Shown here in pieces: positions 37,001-44,069 of a DNA stretch of 64,000 nucleotides. Position 1 is the first letter of the stretch. Each line of letters opens with the position of its first letter. This DNA comes from Euryarchaeota archaeon UBA558. Lineage in GTDB: Archaea > Thermoplasmatota > Poseidoniia > Poseidoniales > Thalassarchaeaceae. The translations under genes and the position numbers were made by a program. The DNA is taken from contig DAZE01000005.1 in the NCBI GenBank assembly GCA_002507175.1, positions 20,980-84,979 on the forward strand, read 5' to 3'. The notes under the pieces were generated by a model that searched no databases, was not told where the DNA came from, and was given only the letters and a program-made list of their open reading frames with translations.

Positions 37001-37093
37001 TACCTCAGGGACCAGCCCCTCGTTAGGTCGCACGGACCATGGGGAGACTAGGGCATGCAAAAAGACATGTTCCACAGGACCAACCACCCGCAA
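34055..37093 (-). CDS. lhr: Lhr-type large ATP-dependent helicase (superfamily 2, DEAD/DEAH box) with a C-terminal Cys4 zinc ribbon
   Basis: Motif I reads LLVAPTGSGKTEAA and motif II reads VIDEVHDL, with RecA2 motifs LSAT and QRIGRSEH. At 1012 aa it has the long Lhr-core-like C-terminal region, including CLNCHNVQRSRVNRLELGVGDCPICGG. Confidence 0.85.
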   Translation of the reverse strand: MRVVGPVEHVFLHALVSPWSVRPNEGLVPEVSLLLDNLSWTPTPIQEASLKPLLLGKDALLVAPTGSGKTEAAIIPIASNVLSGDWRALSVLYVTPLRALNRDMDKRLGPFLEPLGLTVSLRHGDTTKKERARQSKTPPDILITTPETLQIMLLGSRLRKHLAKVRTIVIDEVHDLASSERGSQLLVGIQRIRALAGREVQVVGLSATVGNANEVARWFSKDAVVVEGPSPRSTEVSVHVEPATPEDEALSVAWNVSPRAISSLRRLTSLINTSSPALVFVNSRSNAETVAQRMVQISPEVRIGVHHGSLAAETREQMENALKDGKLDAMICTSSLELGIDVGSIKAVHQIQSPRSVDSLLQRIGRSEHKLGGTGRGQILVWEHDDIAESAVIARKALAKELPNIEWRLNPTIVAANQLLQMAMERKVVPLQTAHGILSSASVFRDWSFEDTMATLRVLDDRWLLRLIDDPPNSDIIAWSTMLWDEFSSLIDDADFPDSRPIPGDYSDSELEKMRLKMVRSLPEVLSDGWFQGAGKLMSTRGDHYSMIPDESLFKIRDLVSRRVLGTVDESFVLSLNSDGSEDAEGRPRTFVMAGRTWQIVDADPEQNELVVAPVSQVGSAPVWSGELPPVPSEVAIEVGQMRRRVLDLVNATRESEDEISFDDYPLSEEAASLYIQTVVDHFDSTGHVPDDKTLTIELREHAIILNCCRGSRINETLAHFIQAMGSGLGGSMGVAVVDPYRISFRIPGVKASDIEKWLRETSPLALEAILRMTIPNGRAIRARFVQVARRFGILRKDVDPRKVNISGMLKRYQGTAVVEETLSKLFHERMDITGAMELMSELQLGSVEIIITPPGPLGQSPRSERDMLLPAWGDKELRERLETRLLSERCILVCLNCHNVQRSRVNRLELGVGDCPICGGSMRCCGPERMEEMMLGWVKSREPKDRARMQKNAELLNNHGFEAILCLMGRGIGEETATRILRGFRTDSRTGLLRSIHNSEIEYARTRRYWS

Positions 37094-37118
37094 GTGACTA
37101 ATTCAGATCGCTCCTCCG

Positions 37119-37877
37119 GTGAACGTGGCCCGATCTGGATCCAGCAGGGTTCTCAGGAAATGGTGGGCAGATAATCCAGATTTACATTACCCAATGACTG
37201 CCTATGCATCGATCATATCTGTCGGATCTACCATGTGGGGCCTCCTCTTCATAATGCTAGGTGGTGCGACTGACCCTCAGGCATCGTCATTGGTCCCGAT
37301 CAGTTGGGCCTGCCTCATTCTTGGCGGAGTAGGGTGCTTTTTCCTTCTCCCTGAGTTCTTTCTCTACATTTCACTTCGGTCGACATTTGAGCAAATATGC
37401 TCACAGGATAACAGGACGGAGATCATTAGAAGAAGGAAAGAATTGGAAGATGCAGCAGAATCACTGGGTAGCTCCTACAAGTCTCGTGTTCTCGGAATTT
37501 ATCAACAAATGGAAATCAAGCCTAATCGTAGATGGAGGGTGGCCCCATCCACGGCAACTTCACAAACAAAATGGTGGTCAAATACCAACTCAAAGCTATC
37601 GCGCGTTCTCCCCAAACTAAAACCGCTCAAGAAACAGTCTACTCATAAATCGATAATCGCAGTGACCACAATTTCAATTTCAATGCTGATCCTTGAGGCG
37701 AGCATTGGTGGCATGGATGGATCGACAACTTCCATCAATGACCTCATTCTTGGAAGTAGTGAGTCAAAATACCCTCCTCCATACCTAGATCCAATCTCTG
37801 GAATATTGTTGACATTCCTGACCATATTACTATGGCTAACATCACCCGCCCCATCAGAAAAAGAGGGATTTGATTGA
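37119..37877 (+). CDS. Hypothetical membrane protein
   Basis: It is 252 aa with 2-3 N-terminal TM helices, a basic middle region and a C-terminal TM. It overlaps the signal peptidase gene by 8 nt, so it is probably co-transcribed. Confidence 0.4.
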   Translation: MNVARSGSSRVLRKWWADNPDLHYPMTAYASIISVGSTMWGLLFIMLGGATDPQASSLVPISWACLILGGVGCFFLLPEFFLYISLRSTFEQICSQDNRTEIIRRRKELEDAAESLGSSYKSRVLGIYQQMEIKPNRRWRVAPSTATSQTKWWSNTNSKLSRVLPKLKPLKKQSTHKSIIAVTTISISMLILEASIGGMDGSTTSINDLILGSSESKYPPPYLDPISGILLTFLTILLWLTSPAPSEKEGFD

Positions 37878-38730
37878 GATGAAATCAACCATGCTCAGAG
37901 AGGTGGCAATCTCTATCGGGATGGTGATAGCTATCCTTTCTGGCCTGTGGGCTTACACTGGCTCATGGCCCCCGCTTGTAGTTGTCGAGAGCAACTCCAT
38001 GATCCACTCAGAACAAGGACAGGTTGGATCGATAGATGCTGGAGATTTGGTATTAGTAAAATCCCCTGGAAGGACCGATCAAATCGTCACGTATGTGGAA
38101 TCAATGCAAGAAGGCAATCAGTACTCTGGCCACCAGAGTCATGGCATGCCAGGTGACGTCATAATCTACCAAAAGAACGGCGGTACCGATACCCCTGTGA
38201 TACACAGGGCAATTCTCAAAGCAGTGAGGAATGAAACTGGCGGTTGGGATGTCCCTGGAACTGATATCAGGGCAGTTGAGGAGATCTCCTTGATCATCGA
38301 CTATCCTTGTTATCCGCACGGTGGCAGCTTGAGGATTGACAGGTGGGTTCCCGCCCACGAGGGTTACCTTACAACCGGAGACAATGAAAAATCAAATGGT
38401 TGCAGGTTGGACCAATTAAGGGCCACTGATAGAAATGCATCGGATCAATATATTCGAAGTCAGGGCCTTAAGGATCAGGACGGGAACCCTGTCTTGGCAG
38501 TGAAAGATGAGTGGGTAATAGGCGTCGCATCCACGGAGATTCCTTGGCTCGGATCGATAAAACTGCTTACAACTGGTGCATGGCCAGCTGTTCCCAACCA
38601 ATCATGGACTAAACTCAGCATGGTGATCGGGGTAATCCTAGTAGCGCCCGTGATCGTTGATGCTATCCGAGGAAGATCAAAAGAATCTGGGAAGCAGTAT
38701 GGGGACAAGCACCAGGGCGAGGACGAATAG
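37870..38730 (+). CDS. Signal peptidase I (S26/Sec11-type, archaeal)
   Basis: An N-terminal TM is followed by the catalytic Ser box (VVVESNSMIH) and GDLVLVKSP (SPase box B-like). There is a C-terminal TM. Confidence 0.65.
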   Translation: MIEMKSTMLREVAISIGMVIAILSGLWAYTGSWPPLVVVESNSMIHSEQGQVGSIDAGDLVLVKSPGRTDQIVTYVESMQEGNQYSGHQSHGMPGDVIIYQKNGGTDTPVIHRAILKAVRNETGGWDVPGTDIRAVEEISLIIDYPCYPHGGSLRIDRWVPAHEGYLTTGDNEKSNGCRLDQLRATDRNASDQYIRSQGLKDQDGNPVLAVKDEWVIGVASTEIPWLGSIKLLTTGAWPAVPNQSWTKLSMVIGVILVAPVIVDAIRGRSKESGKQYGDKHQGEDE

Positions 38731-40245
38731 CGAACTATAACCGCTTATCTGATCTGCTATCCTCTCGATTTTCAGGGGGTTTGACTTGGGCAATACGGTC
38801 TTGGCAATGATGTGTCCAGCATTCCGGACCATGTGCCCCCCATCAAACGGTATCAACGGAATTAGGTTAGCCACCCCCAGAAGAAAACTAATCCACATTA
38901 TCCAGAACAAAAAATCAAACAGGCCCAAGATGACGTCTATTCCTAGCAGGGATGGAAGGATGCCGGTACCTGCCCCTAGGAAGGCCCTCTCTTCTAACAC
39001 CATCGTCTGACCCTGATTTTGGATTGGCACACCACTAAAGAGGAGGGGCGAAATTGCCGTTTGGACGAAGCGCTCACCAAAACTCAAATCCTCTGATATT
39101 GGAAGGCCATAGGCTCTAGCAGCAGAGTCTGCAGATCTTATGCCACTGACACCGAGAAACGCATCCCCTTCCTCTATCCCAGCTGCATCCACGTTGGATT
39201 CACATTGAGGATCTCCATCACACAATTGATAGTAGTATCTTTTCTTGTCAGTCAGTGTCACATCAACCTCTCTAAATACGACGTCGCCATGTATGGGATT
39301 CGAACTGACGAGCATGGTAACCAAATCCCCCGAATCGTGTTGGTTTAGGATTCCAGTTAGGTCGTCACCAGTCGCGATGGCAACTCCATCAATCTCAGAA
39401 ATCAACTCATACGGAAGAAGGCCGGCTTCATCCGCCCCTGAACCCTCAATTATCCCAACTGCGTACACGCCTTCTTGTTTCGCAGTTAATCCAGAGGAAA
39501 CCACTGCTAGAAGTATGACGACAAAATAAGTCATGACAATATTGACAGACGGCCCTGCCGCAAACATCCTCAACCGATCCCGTTGTGGAGCAATCCTCAT
39601 CTCTTCTTGGTCTGGCTCATAAAATGCCCCGACTGGAATGATCCCTGCCATCAGTATCCCAAAAGATCGAATCCTCATCCCATGAGCTCGTGCCATTAGG
39701 CCATGTCCATACTCGTGAACCACAACAGCTACGATCAGTGCAAGAATAGGCCAGAAAATTGGTACAAAGCTAGTCACCCCTGGGATGAACAAAATATCCG
39801 TCGCAGGTAGAACTTCTTGCTGGGCCGGCTCGATGGCTGTGCTTATTGCGCTTGCAGCTATTCCAAAAATTAAGAAGAGCATGACAGCAAAGCAAAGCCA
39901 AATTGAGGCCTCCCCAAAAATCCTCCAAAAACGTCTGGGACGTGCTATGAAATCGGCTGTTTTTTTTCCCTTGTTAGTCCTAATCATCAATATGATGCCT
40001 AGGATTCTCGTACAATTCCACCTTTCTAGATATCCGTTTCTATCTAGGAACAGAATTGAAATGTACCATAAAATAAGGAAGGCCCCAAGCGGAAGACTGA
40101 GCAAACCATTCACAGTCAGGAGCACAAGTCCTGCGATCATTAGGATCTGATTCAAGCCCAATGAGCCGTCATCCATAGTACGACCGATATGGCGGCCTGC
40201 TTCAAATGTCACTATTCCGAGAACACTAAGACCACCCCCCACCAC
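38677..40245 (-). CDS. Site-2 protease (M50 family zinc metalloprotease) with PDZ domain
   Basis: HEYGHGLMARAHG (HExxH in a TM helix) and the downstream LDGG-type motif (IPLIPFDGGHMV) are present. An internal PDZ-like region reads GIIEGSGADEAGL. It is 522 aa. Its 3' end overlaps the convergent signal peptidase gene by about 54 nt. Confidence 0.85.
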   Translation of the reverse strand: MVGGGLSVLGIVTFEAGRHIGRTMDDGSLGLNQILMIAGLVLLTVNGLLSLPLGAFLILWYISILFLDRNGYLERWNCTRILGIILMIRTNKGKKTADFIARPRRFWRIFGEASIWLCFAVMLFLIFGIAASAISTAIEPAQQEVLPATDILFIPGVTSFVPIFWPILALIVAVVVHEYGHGLMARAHGMRIRSFGILMAGIIPVGAFYEPDQEEMRIAPQRDRLRMFAAGPSVNIVMTYFVVILLAVVSSGLTAKQEGVYAVGIIEGSGADEAGLLPYELISEIDGVAIATGDDLTGILNQHDSGDLVTMLVSSNPIHGDVVFREVDVTLTDKKRYYYQLCDGDPQCESNVDAAGIEEGDAFLGVSGIRSADSAARAYGLPISEDLSFGERFVQTAISPLLFSGVPIQNQGQTMVLEERAFLGAGTGILPSLLGIDVILGLFDFLFWIMWISFLLGVANLIPLIPFDGGHMVRNAGHIIAKTVLPKSNPLKIERIADQISGYSSLFVLALVLVPILLPRFF

Positions 40246-40254
40246 AGGGGTGCA

Positions 40255-40419
40255 ATGGCATCGGACGTAAGCAGGGAAAGCCGGGCTGTTATCAGGGTGA
40301 AAAAAGAGTATGAGGCCATTGAAGCCCGTCTCGACCGTATTGATTTGGAGATATCAAAGCGTGAGATTGATGATATCCGAATTATATTGGACCGGATTGA
40401 TCGGGAACTCACGAAATAG
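40255..40419 (+). CDS. Small hypothetical coiled-coil protein (54 aa)
   Basis: The ATG at 40255 is divergent from the S2P start at 40245. The product is a heptad-like, charged peptide (EYEAIEARLDRIDLEISKREIDDIRIILDRIDRELTK). There is no other support, and it overlaps antisense ORFs. Confidence 0.25.
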   Translation: MASDVSRESRAVIRVKKEYEAIEARLDRIDLEISKREIDDIRIILDRIDRELTK

Positions 40420-40990
40420 TTGTGACAGATCCTCTCGAACCGTCTGACCTGCAAATCATGGCGATAAATCTGTGCAGTGGCATACCACTTTCCCAATCCA
40501 GGTGGGGGGCCCCATTCCTCGTGAGTGGTAAATTCGGAACCCTATTGGCGATTAATCGCATCTTTCCACTCAATCCGTCGACTGGAACGGATAGGATCCG
40601 CCAGCTATCCCCCCTAACTCCTTTCAGTCTGAATGCATACAGGGGTAATAGGCCGCAACGTTCGCCTGTTTCCTTGAAGGCTTCATACTGGGTCATTGTC
40701 CTTCCTGATAAGTAGATTTTACTTGTTTTTGATGATTTGACCTCTATTGGGAAGCAAACGTCCCCTCTCAAAACAAGAAGATCACCCGTGCCCTCTGATC
40801 CGCTACCGGGAGCTCTTACAACTAGAAAAGGTCGCTCACAAACTTGCATTGCCCGAGCCCTTTCTACCTCGTTACAGGACCTTGTTATCGCCAATACTCC
40901 TTTCCTTTCCCCAGCGAGGACGGATCTTAATTCACGCTCGTAGGGGCCGCTCATGACAACATAGCCTATCGGGTAGGCTAATGACGACAC
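40409..40990 (-). CDS. hjc: Holliday junction resolvase Hjc-type (archaeal) with C-terminal extension
   Basis: A PD-(D/E)xK nuclease core matches Hjc: ERELRSVLAGERKGVLAITRS…GSGSEGTGDLLVLRGDVCFPIEVKSSK. At 193 aa it exceeds the typical ~140, with an extra ~50-aa C-terminal region. Confidence 0.7.
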   Translation of the reverse strand: MSSLAYPIGYVVMSGPYERELRSVLAGERKGVLAITRSCNEVERARAMQVCERPFLVVRAPGSGSEGTGDLLVLRGDVCFPIEVKSSKTSKIYLSGRTMTQYEAFKETGERCGLLPLYAFRLKGVRGDSWRILSVPVDGLSGKMRLIANRVPNLPLTRNGAPHLDWESGMPLHRFIAMICRSDGSRGSVTTIS

Positions 40991-41062
40991 CGGTGCGATT
41001 CACTAGAAACTAGCGATTAGCATTCAAAACAACCATCACGAAGGCCCAAACAGCAGTAAGAC

Positions 41063-41851
41063 TTGAACACCGGCTGCCACCAATGTTCTACAATGGACAT
41101 AGCTGGAGTCAAGACTCATGACTACCAACTCGCATACAGATTGATTCAAGCATTACGTGCCACAGGCATCAGGCCAGTTCAACTGAGTCCCGACGATCCA
41201 GTCCCAGCCTCGATGCCAATTTGGTTCGGAACACCCTCAGAGGTGGAATCTATGCGGGATCCACGGGGTGTTGGATGCACTATTGAGAATCTCGATGCGG
41301 CCATAACAGCCGCAATATTGGGGACATCCAAATCAATAAATCACATAATATTTGGAGTAGATCCTGGACCCAGGCCAGGGCTAGCATGGATATCAAGAAG
41401 CCAGTTATTGGGGTCCATGCAACTTGAATCAGTCGATGAGACTGTCAACATGATTGATTCTATCCTCTCTGATCTGAGGCCAATTAGCTACATCATTAGA
41501 ATAGGCGATGGATCTAAAACAATCTCCTGTAGACTCGTCAACGTCTGTCTGGCCAGAGGACATATTGTAGAGGTTGTAGACGAGAGGCGTACATCAATGG
41601 GATCACGCCACAGCCACGCCGCATCTGCAGCTAGAATAGCACAGAAAAAAGGAAAGCAGGTGGTAAACAAAATACAATTGGATCCTTCTAAGGGCGAAAT
41701 AAAGGAAATTCAAAGAAGGTCTAGGTCTACATCGGGAGGGAGGGTTACCATCCCAAAGTCTCTCGCAAAGGCAGTTGCAGTCGGTCGAATGGATATTCAC
41801 GAAGCAGTGCAGAGACACGGGAACCTAGGAGAGTTCAAGCACGTGAGTTAA
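41063..41851 (+). CDS. Hypothetical protein with an RNase H-like (RuvC/YqgF-type) motif and a C-terminal AbrB/SpoVT-like motif
   Basis: A central IIFGVDPGPRPGLAWI resembles the hh(G/L)(I/V)DPG…G(h)A first beta-strand/Asp motif of RuvC/YqgF-family RNase H-fold nucleases. The basic C-terminus carries GGRVTIPKSLAKAVAV, resembling the RVxIPKE swapped-hairpin (AbrB/MazE) DNA-binding motif. Both assignments rest on motifs only. Confidence 0.4.
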   Translation: MNTGCHQCSTMDIAGVKTHDYQLAYRLIQALRATGIRPVQLSPDDPVPASMPIWFGTPSEVESMRDPRGVGCTIENLDAAITAAILGTSKSINHIIFGVDPGPRPGLAWISRSQLLGSMQLESVDETVNMIDSILSDLRPISYIIRIGDGSKTISCRLVNVCLARGHIVEVVDERRTSMGSRHSHAASAARIAQKKGKQVVNKIQLDPSKGEIKEIQRRSRSTSGGRVTIPKSLAKAVAVGRMDIHEAVQRHGNLGEFKHVS

Positions 41852-42489
41852 TCGATCAATCCTCTTCGATACTCTCTCGTCCGGTCCACGCCAGGAAACC
41901 TGTCTTCCGATTCCCTGTAAACAGTTTTCATATTGTTCACAAAATTCGTTTCCTGAGTAATTATCTTCACTTTCTCCACACCGGGGTCGACCCCAGAGTC
42001 CATCCAAGCGAGAACAATTTCCATTGTCATCCTGGCACCTTCGCGATGTGGGTATGCGAAGATGTCCATACTCAGTGGGGGCAATACAATTGTTCCCCTG
42101 TTCTCTATCTCCCCGATTCTGTCGAAGAGAGAGGCATATGCAGCCTTCAACAACTCCCTTCTGTCATTGTCTTGGGTGGGTCGTCGACAATCAGGTCCAA
42201 CTACGTGAATTAAGCTGCTGTGAGGTAGTGAGAATGGAGGAGTAATTACCGCCTCGCCGACACCACAAGGGGGGAGATTCTCTTTCCGCCTCTCAACGGC
42301 TATTCCATGGGTGTGTTTCCTTAGTTCTGGGCCCGCAGCCTGATGGACGACCTCATCTACACCTTCCCTCCCTGCAAGCCGATTGTTCGCAGGAGTGACG
42401 AGAATATCCCCCTCTTCTTTTGTAAGGTCCCCGTACATGAATCGAACCTGGCCAAATTGGCATTCTCTCACGATGATAGTCTCGGCCAC
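41848..42489 (-). CDS. Macro-domain protein (ADP-ribose binding / O-acetyl-ADP-ribose deacetylase-like)
   Basis: The macro-domain signature is present: DILVTPANNRLAGREGVDEVVHQAAGPEL (NxxLxxGGGVxxAIxxAAG) plus downstream AVITPPF/HVVGP segments. It is 213 aa. Confidence 0.75.
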   Translation of the reverse strand: MAETIIVRECQFGQVRFMYGDLTKEEGDILVTPANNRLAGREGVDEVVHQAAGPELRKHTHGIAVERRKENLPPCGVGEAVITPPFSLPHSSLIHVVGPDCRRPTQDNDRRELLKAAYASLFDRIGEIENRGTIVLPPLSMDIFAYPHREGARMTMEIVLAWMDSGVDPGVEKVKIITQETNFVNNMKTVYRESEDRFPGVDRTREYRRGLID

Positions 42490-42580
42490 AACCGTTCGGA
42501 CAAGCCCCGACGTATATCCTCATCGACTGAATGAGCCCTTTTACGAAGCCTTCATGACTCTGAACGTCGCATCACCCATC

Positions 42581-42814
42581 ATGGCGGCGGGCTTTGTGCT
42601 GATCAATGTAGAACCGGGATCCGAAATCAGGATTCAACAAGAGGCTGAGAAATTTGATTTTGTATCGGAGGCCAATGTCCTGTTCGGGGATCATGATTTG
42701 ATAGTAAAAGTTGAAGCTGGCTCTGTAGGAGACATCGCTAGGTTAGTAGTTGAGAAACTTAGGTCAATCGATGGGGTCACCACCACCAAAACACTTGCTT
42801 GTGCAGAACTGTGA
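42581..42814 (+). CDS. Stand-alone Lrp/AsnC C-terminal (RAM) ligand-binding domain protein
   Basis: It is 77 aa from ATG 42581: MAAGFVLINVEPGSEIRIQQEAEKFDFVSEANVLFGDHDLIVKVEAGSVGDIARLVVEKLRSIDGVTTTKTLA. This matches the RAM-domain consensus (hhhVkvepg…yLvtGeyDhhhkVeA.s.e.l…h.ekIr.ipGV..T.T). The longer six-frame ORF from 42383 would overlap the macro-domain gene start and is rejected. Confidence 0.6.
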   Translation: MAAGFVLINVEPGSEIRIQQEAEKFDFVSEANVLFGDHDLIVKVEAGSVGDIARLVVEKLRSIDGVTTTKTLACAEL

Positions 42815-42886
42815 GGGATATTTTCCTCTCAGAAAACTCGTTTTAGACCAACTCAGCGCCGCAGTCTATCGAAATCGGGGAAACGG

Positions 42887-42896
42887 ATATATATAG
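42887..42896 (+). promoter_or_regulatory. TATA-box-like element (ATATATATAG) with purine-rich BRE-like upstream sequence, upstream of MC1
   Basis: The sequence reads ggggaaacggATATATATAGaac, lying 35-44 nt upstream of ATG 42931. An SD ggaggt sits at 42917-42922. The geometry fits an archaeal promoter with a short leader. Confidence 0.5.
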
Positions 42897-42930
42897 AACA
42901 GTATTGTAGGGGACTCGGAGGTATTGTACT

Positions 42931-43197
42931 ATGAGTGATAAAAAGTACTTCGTTTTGCTAAATAGCGATGGAACAGATTCGGACCACGTGTTCGTTTCGA
43001 AGCAACCAAGGGGTGCCGCCTTGAAGGCAGCAACCCGCGGTCACACCAGCATTGAGCTGAGGGAGAGGGGGACCAACAGAGTCCACTGTTTCACAGGCTC
43101 AGTCACAATGGTGGACAGACCAGCTTCTGGACCTGCATGGCTTCCTGCGAAGATAAAGAAGGCCAACGTCAAGAAGTCGGGTATAAAGCGCCTCTAA
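42931..43197 (+). CDS. Chromosomal protein MC1 (archaeal non-histone chromatin protein)
   Basis: The 88-aa basic protein MSDKKYFVLLNSDGTDSDHVFVSKQPRGAALKAATRGHTSIELRERGTNRVHCFTGSVTMVDRPASGPAWLPAKIKKANVKKSGIKRL aligns along its length to the MC1 family (FVL…GVFTGKQPRQAALKAANRG…LRERGTKKVHIF…WMP.KI.K..VKK). An SD ggaggt lies at 42917-42922 and a TATA-like ATATATATAG lies upstream. Confidence 0.8.
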   Translation: MSDKKYFVLLNSDGTDSDHVFVSKQPRGAALKAATRGHTSIELRERGTNRVHCFTGSVTMVDRPASGPAWLPAKIKKANVKKSGIKRL

Positions 43198-43234
43198 GCG
43201 TAAACCCACTACTTAATGTCTGATACACGCAACA

Positions 43235-43272
43235 CCTCCGAGGGCGTTTATCGCTCTCGGAGGGAACAAAAA
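43235..43272. terminator. 12-bp hairpin (one G·U) followed by an A6/T6 run, between convergent MC1 and sdhB
   Basis: CCTCCGAGGGCG-TTTAT-CGCTCTCGGAGG spans 43235-43263 and is followed by gaacAAAAAAcc. On the minus strand this places a T6 tract right after the sdhB stop (43278), which is archaeal oligo-T terminator-like. Confidence 0.4.
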
Positions 43273-43277
43273 ACCGA

Positions 43278-44069
43278 CTATTTCCTGAGCCCAATCTTCT
43301 TTGCGATCATTGCAATAGGGTCATAGTATTCCGTGACCACTCTTTCTTTTAGTGGTATGACCGCATTATCAGTGATGTTGATGCCTGCTGGGCATACATC
43401 GGTGCAGCACCTAGTTATGTTGCAGTATCCGATCCCGAAGTCTTCTTTGATTTGGGGTATGCGACTCTCAGTGTCGAGTGGGTGCATTTCCAGCCCTGCG
43501 AGTCTGACAAAGAACCTAGGACCAGCAAACTCGTCGAATTTCTCATGTTCACGAAGAACGTGACAGGTATTCACACATAACATGCATTCGATGCATTGTC
43601 TGAATTCTTGAATCCTGTCTGCCTCGTCCTGGTTGAATTCCCAATCAAGCTTGTCAGGACCGCTTACTGGCACCATTTTCTTATTCATCTCGTAAGCCCA
43701 ACTCGTGTCAGTTACCAGATCTCTTATCAGTGGAAAACCTTGCATGGGTCTTATCGTAACTGGCTCCTCATCTGGGGTTTCTTCAATTATGTCTGACATC
43801 CTAGTCATACACATTAACCTGGACTTACCATTTACTTCCGCCGAGCATGATCCACACTTTCCCGCTTTGCAGTTCCAGCGACAGGCAAGATCAGGGGCGT
43901 GTTCAGCCTGAATTTTGTGAATAACGTCAAGGACGACCATGCCCTCATCGTATTCGACAGTGTAGTCCTCCATACTCCCTACGGAGGATTCTGTTCTGGG
44001 ATGTGTAGCGTACGGCCTTTCGCCGGTATGGCTTCTGAATACTCGAAAAGTGACTTCCTTGTCCATCAA
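43278..44069 (-). CDS. sdhB: Succinate dehydrogenase / fumarate reductase iron-sulfur subunit
   Basis: 2Fe-2S ligands are present (CRWNCKAGKCGSCSAEVNGKSRLMC). The 4Fe-4S/3Fe-4S motifs CIECMLCVNTCHV and CxxxxxCTDVCP are also present. Confidence 0.9.
   Translation of the reverse strand: MMDKEVTFRVFRSHTGERPYATHPRTESSVGSMEDYTVEYDEGMVVLDVIHKIQAEHAPDLACRWNCKAGKCGSCSAEVNGKSRLMCMTRMSDIIEETPDEEPVTIRPMQGFPLIRDLVTDTSWAYEMNKKMVPVSGPDKLDWEFNQDEADRIQEFRQCIECMLCVNTCHVLREHEKFDEFAGPRFFVRLAGLEMHPLDTESRIPQIKEDFGIGYCNITRCCTDVCPAGINITDNAVIPLKERVVTEYYDPIAMIAKKIGLRK

Noticed and set aside
40212-40496. 94-aa minus-strand ORF overlapping the S2P start region and the small coiled-coil ORF
   Set aside because: It overlaps the 5' end of the S2P gene on the same strand in another frame. 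It is hydrophobic or low-complexity without a start context, so it is likely spurious.
43235-43263. Hairpin between MC1 and sdhB as a possible small ncRNA or riboswitch
   Set aside because: It is a single simple 12-bp stem with no flanking conserved structure. Its position between convergent stop codons with an adjacent T6/A6 run fits a terminator, and it is reported as such.
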